In this document: piece by piece, positions 30,401-38,145 of the stretch
Numbering within the stretch: position 1 is the stretch's first letter
How the letters are laid out: each line of letters starts with the position of its first letter
Assembly: GCA_050251055.1 (NCBI GenBank)
Contig: JBFWNL010000001.1
Coordinates: forward strand, 715,825 to 779,824
Direction: 5' to 3'
DNA length: 64,000 bases
Source: Bacteriovoracia bacterium
GTDB taxonomy: Bacteria > Bdellovibrionota > UBA1018 > JBFWNL01
The notes under the pieces: generated by a model
Told to the model about the DNA's origin: nothing
What the model saw: the letters and a program-made list of their open reading frames with translations, nothing else
The model's database searches: none
Translations under genes and position numbers: made by a program

Positions 30401-30752
30401 TATAGCGAGAAAACATCCCTTGTTCTTCCATCTTAATGGCGCAATTAAGGGCCGTCTGGCCGCCAAAACCGGCGACGACAGCGTCCGGTTTCTCGGCCTG
30501 GATCACCTTCTCGACCCATTCCGGTTCAACGGGGTAAAGATAGACTTTGGTATGAGGGCGCTGGTTCGTCTGCACCGTGGCGATATTCGGGTTCACGATC
30601 ACCACGTCGATGCTCTCTTCGTGAAATGACTTCAGTGCTTGCGTGCCGGAGTAATCAAACTCCCCGGCTTGCCCGATGGAAAGCCCGCCGGAGCCTAAGA
30701 GCAGGACCTTAGGCCTTCGTCCGAGCTCAAGGAGCCAAGGATGCGCGGGCAT
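27471..30752 (-). CDS. carB: Carbamoyl-phosphate synthase large subunit
   Basis: [53 protein letters not shown], second ATP-grasp, MGS domain; ATG 30752 follows gagga. Confidence 0.96.
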   Translation of the reverse strand: [1093 protein letters not shown]

Positions 30753-31860
30753 GCGTCCTCGCTTCTTCAACAAAATCCCGGACAATCCACTCCGTGTCGC
30801 GAGGGCCGCCGGCCGCCTCCGGATGGAACTGCACCGACCGGAACGGCTTGGTGCGATGCTTAATGCCTTCGATGGTCCCGTCGTTTACGTTCTCAAACCA
30901 GGTTTCCCATTCGGAGGTCGCAGAAGTGTGCTCGATAACAAAGCCATGATTCTGGCTGGTCATGAACCCACGGTCCGTGCCGGTAAGCCGCACGGGCTGG
31001 TTGTGGCTGCGATGCCCATAAGGCATACGAACCGCACGTCCGCCGGACGCGAGCGCCATGATTTGATGGCCTAGGCAAATCCCGAGTACGGGACGTGTCC
31101 CGCTCAGCAAAACCCGAACCCGAGCGACGAGATCGCCCGTTTTCACCGGATCCCCGGGCCCGTTGCTCAGTATCCAAGCATCGCAGTCGACCGTACTGAA
31201 GTCGGTGTCCCACGGTAGCAGCTCGATTTCGCAGTCGGCCTGGCTCAAGAGCTGGCGGACGATGTTCCACTTCACGCCACAGTCTATTACCGCGAGCTTC
31301 AAGTTCCCGCTGCCTAAACGTACGCGATCTTTTCGCGACACGGAAGGGAGCAGATTGGTGCCCGTCGGATTGTAAAAACCGTCGCGGGAATAAAAAGCCG
31401 TCGCTTCGGTAGCGCCTTCCGGCTCGATCCGCGCCAACACGGTCCCTTGGCCGCGGATGATATGAACAAGCTGGCGCGTATCTACGCCCACAATCCCGGG
31501 ACAATTCTGGGACCGGAGCCATTCGTCCAGCGACTCCAAGCTGCGCCAATGAAAGGCGTCCGTGCAGTCGCCATGCACGACGACCGCGGACGCGTGGATG
31601 CGCTCGCTCTCGAATGCCCGTGATCCGGTTAAGCCGGTATTTTCGGGGACCCCGTAGTTACCGATCATCGGATAGGCAAATACGAGTACCTGGCCGTAAT
31701 AAGAAGGGTCGGTGAGGGTTTCCGCATAACCCACCATGCCGGTCGTAAAAACAAGCTCCCCGCTGGAACGCAAAGGCGCACCGATACTCCAGCCCTCAAA
31801 GGAGTCCCCCGTGGCCAAAGTCAGTCGGCAGGGGCTACGTTTTAGCGAATCTCGTTGCAT
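30727..31860 (-). CDS. carA: Carbamoyl-phosphate synthase small (glutaminase) subunit
   Basis: GELVFTTGMVGY, TDPSY, GNYG, LSNGPGDP, GICLGHQ, SQNHGF, QFHPE. Confidence 0.96.
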   Translation of the reverse strand: MQRDSLKRSPCRLTLATGDSFEGWSIGAPLRSSGELVFTTGMVGYAETLTDPSYYGQVLVFAYPMIGNYGVPENTGLTGSRAFESERIHASAVVVHGDCTDAFHWRSLESLDEWLRSQNCPGIVGVDTRQLVHIIRGQGTVLARIEPEGATEATAFYSRDGFYNPTGTNLLPSVSRKDRVRLGSGNLKLAVIDCGVKWNIVRQLLSQADCEIELLPWDTDFSTVDCDAWILSNGPGDPVKTGDLVARVRVLLSGTRPVLGICLGHQIMALASGGRAVRMPYGHRSHNQPVRLTGTDRGFMTSQNHGFVIEHTSATSEWETWFENVNDGTIEGIKHRTKPFRSVQFHPEAAGGPRDTEWIVRDFVEEARTHARASLAP

Positions 31861-31953
31861 TAAGGTCTCGGAAAAATCTCGAATTTTTTGTGACCCCCAT
31901 AACTATCTTCGGTCGTGGTGGAGCACAAGCGTTATTGATTATGACACTCCGCG

Positions 31954-31959
31954 TATAAT
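31954..31959 (+). promoter_or_regulatory. Candidate sigma70 -10 box for the carbamoyltransferase operon
   Basis: Perfect TATAAT in the AT-rich divergent intergenic region about 60 nt upstream of ATG 32019; -35 is weak. Confidence 0.45.
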
Positions 31960-32018
31960 ACACGATCGGGCGCGCTTTTTTGTGGTCGTGGCCCGGGAGA
32001 CTCTTTATATATAAGCCC

Positions 32019-32198
32019 ATGGTTATGGACGTATTTACCGGGATTTTCTTCTACCTCGTTGTCACGCCCCTAGCCCTGCTTATAAAGCTCTTTCGCCGGG
32101 ATCCCTTGAAGTTGAAGTTCGACCCGACGGCGGCCAGCTATTGGATCGAGAGGAAGAGCGGAGAACCGAACCCGGAGTCGATGGGTAAGCAGTTCTAA
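32019..32198 (+). CDS. SxtJ-like small membrane protein
   Basis: FFYLVVTPLALL.K...RDPLKL......SYWIER.......M.KQF, directly upstream of the carbamoyltransferase. Confidence 0.75.
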   Translation: MVMDVFTGIFFYLVVTPLALLIKLFRRDPLKLKFDPTAASYWIERKSGEPNPESMGKQF

Positions 32199-32200
32199 CG

Positions 32201-34036
32201 ATGAAAATTATCGGAATCTCTGCCTTTTATCACGATAGTGCAGCGGCCCTGATCAAGGACGGCGAGATCATCGCGGCCGCCCAGGAAGAGCGCTTCACGC
32301 GCAAGAAACACGACGCGGGTTTCCCAAGCCACGCCCTCGAGTATTGCCTTGCCGAAGGCAAGCTACGACTGGAAGAAATCGACTACGTGGCTTTCTACGA
32401 CAAACCGCTCCTCAAGTTCGGCCGCCTCTTTCAGACGTACTTGGCCTTCGCGCCTCGCGGTTACGTTTCGTTCCGCAAAGCCATGCCGCTCTGGATGGGC
32501 GAGAAGGTCTTTCAGAAGAAGATGATCCAGGACGAGTTCGCGCGCCGGGCGCCTAAGCTGGACGTCGAAAAGAAACTCCTGTTTTCCGAGCATCACCTCA
32601 GCCACGCCGCGAGCGCCTATTACCCGTCTCCCTTCGACGACGCAATCATCCTAACGATGGACGGCGTGGGGGAATGGGCCACGACCTCGTTAGGCCGCGG
32701 CACCGGAAATAAGATCGAGATCTCCAAGGAGATCCATTTCCCACATTCACTGGGCCTGCTCTATTCGGCGTTCACTTATTACACCGGCTTCAAAGTGAAC
32801 TCTGGCGAGTACAAAGTCATGGGGCTCGCGCCTTACGGCGAGCCTAAGTACGCTCAGAAGATCTTCGATCACCTGATGGATCTGAAGTCGGACGGCTCGT
32901 TCCGGTTGAACCAGGAGTATTTCGACTATTGCACCGGCCTACGCATGACGAACGAAAAGTTCGAACAACTCTTCGGCTTGCCCACCCGTAAGTCGGAAGA
33001 CCGGCTGAACCAGGAACACATGGATCTAGCGGCCTCCGTTCAACACGTGACGGAAGAAGTGGTCTTGCGCCTCACCCGCACGGCGGCCAAGGAAACCGGC
33101 GTCGCGAACCTGTGCTTGGCCGGCGGCGTGGCGCTGAACTGCGTGGCCAACGGAAAAGTCCTGCGCGACGGAAAGTTCAAAAATGTTTGGATTCAACCCG
33201 CGGCCGGTGACGCCGGCGGAGCGCTGGGTGCCGCGCTCGCCGCCCATCACCTGTACTTGAAACAGCCCCGCAAGAGCGATGGCCCCCTGGACCGGATGCG
33301 CGGATCTTACCTCGGACCGGAGTTCGCTCAAGCCGATATCGAACGGCGACTCAAAGAAGTGGGCGCGAAGTTCAAGGTCCTGAATGAATCGGAAATCATC
33401 GAAGCCTCGGCCCAGGCTTTGGCGGATGAAAAAGCCATCGGTTGGTTCCAAGGACGCATGGAGTTCGGCCCGCGCGCGCTGGGCGGACGCTCGATCATCG
33501 CGGATGCCCGCTCGCCGAAGATGCAATCGGTCTTGAACCTGAAAGTGAAATACCGCGAGTCGTTCCGCCCGTTCGCGCCGTCCGTCTTGCGCGAAGACGT
33601 GGCCGATTGGTTCGAGATGGATTGCGACAGCCCGTACATGCTGCTCGTCGCCGACGTGAAAAAAGCGCGCCGCCGGGCCATGACGGAGGCGGAGCAGAAG
33701 CTCTTCGGCATAGCCAAGCTCAACGTGCCCCGCTCCGATGTTCCGGCCGTGACCCACGTGGACTATTCGGCGCGCGTGCAGACGGTGCACAAACAGACGA
33801 ATGGCCGTTACCACGCCCTGATTTCATCGTTTAAAAAGAAAACGGGCTGCCCGGTGATCGTGAACACGAGCTTCAACGTTCGCGGCGAACCCATCGTTTG
33901 CACCCCGGAGGACGCCTTCCGCTGCTTCATGGGCAGCGAAATCGATACCCTCGTGGTGGGCAACTGCTTCCTTTCGAAAGAAGACCAAGACCCCGCATTG
34001 AAGTTGAACTACAAGGACGCCTTCGAGCTCGATTAG
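32201..34036 (+). CDS. O-carbamoyltransferase (NodU/CmcH/SxtI family)
   Basis: GISAFYHDSAA, QEERFTRKKHD, HHLSHAASA, DGVGE, EYKVMGLAPYG, GGVALNC, EFGPRALG.RS, FRPFAP, NTSFN. Confidence 0.96.
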   Translation: MKIIGISAFYHDSAAALIKDGEIIAAAQEERFTRKKHDAGFPSHALEYCLAEGKLRLEEIDYVAFYDKPLLKFGRLFQTYLAFAPRGYVSFRKAMPLWMGEKVFQKKMIQDEFARRAPKLDVEKKLLFSEHHLSHAASAYYPSPFDDAIILTMDGVGEWATTSLGRGTGNKIEISKEIHFPHSLGLLYSAFTYYTGFKVNSGEYKVMGLAPYGEPKYAQKIFDHLMDLKSDGSFRLNQEYFDYCTGLRMTNEKFEQLFGLPTRKSEDRLNQEHMDLAASVQHVTEEVVLRLTRTAAKETGVANLCLAGGVALNCVANGKVLRDGKFKNVWIQPAAGDAGGALGAALAAHHLYLKQPRKSDGPLDRMRGSYLGPEFAQADIERRLKEVGAKFKVLNESEIIEASAQALADEKAIGWFQGRMEFGPRALGGRSIIADARSPKMQSVLNLKVKYRESFRPFAPSVLREDVADWFEMDCDSPYMLLVADVKKARRRAMTEAEQKLFGIAKLNVPRSDVPAVTHVDYSARVQTVHKQTNGRYHALISSFKKKTGCPVIVNTSFNVRGEPIVCTPEDAFRCFMGSEIDTLVVGNCFLSKEDQDPALKLNYKDAFELD

Positions 34037-34057
34037 TCCTGAATTGGGAGAGTATGC

Positions 34058-35050
34058 ATGCTTGGAATGAATGAAACGCGAAATATCCTGATCGTAGGTA
34101 ACGGCCCGATGGCCCAGGAGTATGCGAAGGTATTCCGGGACGGCCTGAAATACACGTTCGATGTCGCGGGCCGCAACCGCGAAAACGTCCAGAAGTTCGC
34201 GAAAGCGGAGCGCGCCGGCCAAGCCTTCCTCATCGAAGAGCTTTCGCCGCAAATTCTCGCCAAGTACGATTTCGCGGTTTCCACCACGTCCCCGGACAGC
34301 CTCGAATACGTGACCGAGAAGCTGATCAAAAACGGGATTAAAGCGATCCTGGTGGAAAAACCGGCCGCCCTGAGCCCGGCCGGCTCGGCCAGCTTGGCCC
34401 GGATGATGAAGGAAAAGTTCGTATTCGCGCGCGTGGCCTACAACCGCCGCTACTACCGTTCGGTACAGAAGCTGAAGCATATTTTGCGCGAAGAAACCCC
34501 GATGTGCGCGCACTTCGACTTCACGGAGCTGTCCCGCCAGATCAAAGTGGGGCGTACGCAGGCAACCACCGAGCGCTGGGCGATCGCGAACTCCTGCCAC
34601 ATCATCGACACCGTGACTTTCCTGCTGGGTCAGTTCCAGATCGAGCATCTCCACGTCTCCGGTCAGAACGAGCTCGACTGGCATCCGGCCAGCTCGAATT
34701 TCGTCGGGTCCGGAAAATGCGGCACAACCCCGGTCTCTTACTCAACGAGCTGGCTCTGCCCGGGCCGCTGGAGCATCGAAATCATGACCAAGCAAGGCCG
34801 CTACAAGCTTTCGCCCATCGAGCGCCTACAGGTCATGCGCCACGATTCGTTCGAGTGGAAGGAAGTCGACGCCGGCTACGACATCGACATTCAATACAAG
34901 CCGGGCCTGATGGAAGTCGTCCGGTCGTTCGATCAGGCGCGACTGAAAAACGACCCCACGGGCGGTTCCGAAGTCTGTGAGCTTCCAGACCTCTCGCAGA
35001 ACGCGAAAATCGCGGAACTCGTCTCGAAGATCGTGGGCTACCCAGTATGA
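34058..35050 (+). CDS. Gfo/Idh/MocA family oxidoreductase
   Basis: LIVGNGPMA, ILVEKP, VAYNRR, NSCHIID, KPG. Confidence 0.85.
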   Translation: MLGMNETRNILIVGNGPMAQEYAKVFRDGLKYTFDVAGRNRENVQKFAKAERAGQAFLIEELSPQILAKYDFAVSTTSPDSLEYVTEKLIKNGIKAILVEKPAALSPAGSASLARMMKEKFVFARVAYNRRYYRSVQKLKHILREETPMCAHFDFTELSRQIKVGRTQATTERWAIANSCHIIDTVTFLLGQFQIEHLHVSGQNELDWHPASSNFVGSGKCGTTPVSYSTSWLCPGRWSIEIMTKQGRYKLSPIERLQVMRHDSFEWKEVDAGYDIDIQYKPGLMEVVRSFDQARLKNDPTGGSEVCELPDLSQNAKIAELVSKIVGYPV

Positions 35051-36027
35051 AGACCGTCGCCATCATCGGCTGCGGGAACATCGGTTATCGGCACTTTCAG
35101 GCGACCTGCAACACCCCCGCCGTCGGCCAAGTCGTCGTGGTGGAACCCGATCAAGCCCGGCTGGAGACGGCGGTCAAGGACGTGGAGAAGCACTCGCCCT
35201 CCCTTCGCATCTCGGCTTTCCCGTCGATCGAAAAAGCGGTCGCGGAAGTGAAAGCGGTGGACTGCGTGATCAGCGCGCTCACCACCGACATCCAGACGCG
35301 GCTCATGCCCCAAATCCTCGCCTTTGATTGCCGGCATTACCTGTTTGAGAAGCCATTCGCGCAGAGCAAGGCCTTGATGAACGAACTCTGTGGACAGGTC
35401 GCCAAGAAAACTGAGCTCTCGAACGCCTACGTGAATTGCTCTCGGAACCTCTGGGACGGCTATCAGCGCATACGGAACTGGATCGGGACCGACCGGTCCA
35501 GAACCTCATTTCACATGGACGTCATCGGGAACCTTTGGGGACTCGGCTGCAATACCGTGCACTTCCTGGAATACTTTCGGTACATGACGGGCGCGCAGAC
35601 CTTGAAGTCGGTTTCCACGCAACTCCTGAGTTCCCCTTACGGGAACAAGCGGGGCGCTCAGTACGAAGAGTTCGTCGGCACCGCCGCCTTCGCGAACGAG
35701 CTCGGGGACACGATTCAGATCACTTCGGGCGCGGCGATCGATAAACCCACCGGGATCTTCGTCACCTTCAAGGAGAAGGCGAACGACCTGCTACGCTTCG
35801 CGCTCGACGAAGACAAGGGCATGCTGTTCGACTTCACGGAAGGCAAGCGCACCGCTTTCGATCCGCTCTACGTAAGCAAGAGCACACGGCTCTTCCTGGA
35901 GAAACTCTTTCAGAATCCGTCCACGGCGATGGCGATTCCGAACTTGAACCAGGCGAAGCTCGTGCACTTCGCCTTCTTCGATGCGCTACACGCGGCGACC
36001 AAACGTGATCACTTCGCGATCACCTGA
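35047..36027 (+). CDS. Gfo/Idh/MocA family oxidoreductase
   Basis: IIGCGNIGYRH, LFEKP, YVN, WGLGCN.VHF, KR..Y.EF.G. Confidence 0.82.
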   Translation: MKTVAIIGCGNIGYRHFQATCNTPAVGQVVVVEPDQARLETAVKDVEKHSPSLRISAFPSIEKAVAEVKAVDCVISALTTDIQTRLMPQILAFDCRHYLFEKPFAQSKALMNELCGQVAKKTELSNAYVNCSRNLWDGYQRIRNWIGTDRSRTSFHMDVIGNLWGLGCNTVHFLEYFRYMTGAQTLKSVSTQLLSSPYGNKRGAQYEEFVGTAAFANELGDTIQITSGAAIDKPTGIFVTFKEKANDLLRFALDEDKGMLFDFTEGKRTAFDPLYVSKSTRLFLEKLFQNPSTAMAIPNLNQAKLVHFAFFDALHAATKRDHFAIT

Positions 36028-36891
36028 GTGAGGCCTAGGATGTCCGGTTACCAATGCCGCTTCTGTGAATCCAACCTGCAACTCACCGGCGACTTTTGCG
36101 GAGATCGACCCGAGATCGCCATCGGGAAGTGCGCGGCCTGCGGGCTCGTGCAAACGGTGACCGATACGCACATCTCCGTGCAGGACTACGCTTCGGACAC
36201 CCATTTCCCGCCGGATATGACCGCGATCCGCGGGCGCGAACTGCGATGGAATCAAAAGCGCGTGAAGCTATTGAAACAGCACCTGCCCGGGATTGAATCG
36301 CGAAAGATTCTCGACTTCGGCTGTGGCACCGGGGGATTCCTGGAGCAGGCGGAGCAGGCTCGCTTTAACGTGATTGGGTTCGACGTTTCGGCGCGAGTGG
36401 CCCGCGAGCACGGCCAGCGGGGCTGGAAATGCGTGAGCGACTTCGCGGAGATCGATGGCGACGTGGATGTGGTCGCGCTTTTTCACGTTCTGGAACATCT
36501 CCCTATGCCTTGGGAAAATCTGGCCGCCCTAAGGAAATCTTTCCCGAACGCCAAGACGTACGTGCTCGAAGTGCCCAACACGGAAGAGGCGCTTAACTCC
36601 GTGTTCGGGAACGCGGCTTACCGTCGGAATCATTTCTGCCACGACCACCTTTACTATTTTTCGGAAAAGACCTTCAAGGCGACGATCGAACGGGCCGGCT
36701 TGCGCATCCAGTTCTTCACCCAAACCCAACGCTACACTCTCGCCAACAACTTGGGTTGGCTGGCCAATAACAAGGGCGGGGCCCAGAACGTTTGGACGAT
36801 GTTCAATGGTGACGCGCTAAACGACGCGTACGAGAAGGTCTTGGCCGAACATGGGGTGGGCGACTCGCTTTTCGCGATCTGCTCCGTCTAG
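36028..36891 (+). CDS. Class I SAM-dependent methyltransferase with N-terminal Zn motif
   Basis: CRFC...CAACGL, ILDFGCGTG, FHVLEHL, EVPN, HLYYF. Confidence 0.88.
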   Translation: MRPRMSGYQCRFCESNLQLTGDFCGDRPEIAIGKCAACGLVQTVTDTHISVQDYASDTHFPPDMTAIRGRELRWNQKRVKLLKQHLPGIESRKILDFGCGTGGFLEQAEQARFNVIGFDVSARVAREHGQRGWKCVSDFAEIDGDVDVVALFHVLEHLPMPWENLAALRKSFPNAKTYVLEVPNTEEALNSVFGNAAYRRNHFCHDHLYYFSEKTFKATIERAGLRIQFFTQTQRYTLANNLGWLANNKGGAQNVWTMFNGDALNDAYEKVLAEHGVGDSLFAICSV

Positions 36892-38000
36892 TTTTTCCGT
36901 CGATAATTCTCGAAAAGCGCGTCCCCGAAATTCTCCGCAAGCCGCTTCATCCCGGCGGGTGAGAAGTGGATTGAATCGACGAAATATTCCTTGTCCATCG
37001 TGAAGGACCGCGCCTGGTCCACGAAATCCACGCCCAATTCTTCAGCGATCTCCTGCCGATGCCGGTTCTGGATGCGAACGCCTTCACCGAACTTATCGGC
37101 GACCGGATTTTTCTGGTAATTATAGTGGACGAACGATCCAATCAGCACTTCGATTCCGTAATGCCGGGCCAGCACGACGATGTGCTTCAAGATGTCCTTC
37201 TCGACGCCTAGATCCTGGAACTCGCGATCGTAGTCGGGTTCGGTGGCCGTGATCATACGCAGGACGTCGTTGCGCACGTTTCCGGTACCAAAAATCCGAT
37301 CCTTCGTGCTCTCGTACGCGTGTAAAAAAGGGATCTTCGGCAAACGGGCGCTCAATCGGATTTTGGCCAGGACTTCCCCCAGGTTTTTCCGACTGTGGGA
37401 ATAATCCGTGTGAAAGGACGGCGTAAGATACAGATGGAGATCATTGAAGCCATGGTAAAGCACGATGTAGTCCGGCTTGAGCGGCAGGACGTTCAAAGTG
37501 AAGTTAATAAAAATATCCGGACTGGTCCAGCCGCCGATCCCGCAATTGAGGACCTCTATTTCGCGGTCAATCCCCGCCGCTTTGAACTTGGCCTGGAGAT
37601 GCGCCTCTAGGAGCGCAGGGTACGTGTAGTCGCGTTCGTCGTCTGCGATATTGTTGGCGGTCGTGGATGCCCCAATGCAGGCAACGCGCAACGTACGGGG
37701 ATCTTTCTGGGGCGAAAAATCCTTTCCGAAGTGGCCTAGATTGTTCAGACGCAGGGGTTGCTTGAAGGAGCTGAACCGATGGTAATGAAGCTCGTAAGGT
37801 AGCTTCTGATTACGATCGATGACGGTGTTTCGCTTATACGCGAAGCTCAAATAAGGGTGGCTGACCACGTACATCTTCTTCCACGGCAGCTTGAACGAGA
37901 CGTGGTAGTCGTGACCGTGTTTGCGTCGATAATTAAGTCGAAAGATGATTTCGATGAGGACAATGGCGACCAATCCGGCCGCTAGGAAAGAAAGCATCAC
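36888..38000 (-). CDS. SGNH/GDSL hydrolase-family protein with N-terminal TM anchor
   Basis: CIGASTT (block I), NCGIGG (II), YHGFND (III), DSIH (V). Confidence 0.85.
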   Translation of the reverse strand: MMLSFLAAGLVAIVLIEIIFRLNYRRKHGHDYHVSFKLPWKKMYVVSHPYLSFAYKRNTVIDRNQKLPYELHYHRFSSFKQPLRLNNLGHFGKDFSPQKDPRTLRVACIGASTTANNIADDERDYTYPALLEAHLQAKFKAAGIDREIEVLNCGIGGWTSPDIFINFTLNVLPLKPDYIVLYHGFNDLHLYLTPSFHTDYSHSRKNLGEVLAKIRLSARLPKIPFLHAYESTKDRIFGTGNVRNDVLRMITATEPDYDREFQDLGVEKDILKHIVVLARHYGIEVLIGSFVHYNYQKNPVADKFGEGVRIQNRHRQEIAEELGVDFVDQARSFTMDKEYFVDSIHFSPAGMKRLAENFGDALFENYRRKN

Positions 38001-38003
38001 CCA

Positions 38004-38120
38004 TTACCACATGGGATAGATGGTTTCTTTAGGGAGCTTGCCGTCTTTTTTCTGGGCCTTGCGCGGTCCCCAAAACTTCAGCGCCGAAACCAAGCGCAAT
38101 ATCAGATCTAAAAGCTTCAT
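38004..38120 (-). CDS. Small basic 38-aa protein ending IYPMW
   Basis: ATG 38120 lies 7 nt after TATAGT; stop is 3 nt before the SGNH gene; fills an otherwise empty gap. Confidence 0.55.
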   Translation of the reverse strand: MKLLDLILRLVSALKFWGPRKAQKKDGKLPKETIYPMW

Positions 38121-38145
38121 GCGCCCGACTATAATCCAAAAAGCT

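Noticed and set aside
30727-30785. Frameshifted carA-carB fusion of the CAD type
   Set aside because: carB has its own ATG (30752) with an SD-like gagga; a 26-nt overlap is ordinary coupling and no slippery site is evident
1587-38120. Saxitoxin-like cluster (SxtI/SxtJ-like, sulfotransferase, APS kinase, SGNH)
   Set aside because: No sxtA PKS-like enzyme, amidinotransferase or Rieske oxygenases; the context is sugar-nucleotide and GT genes
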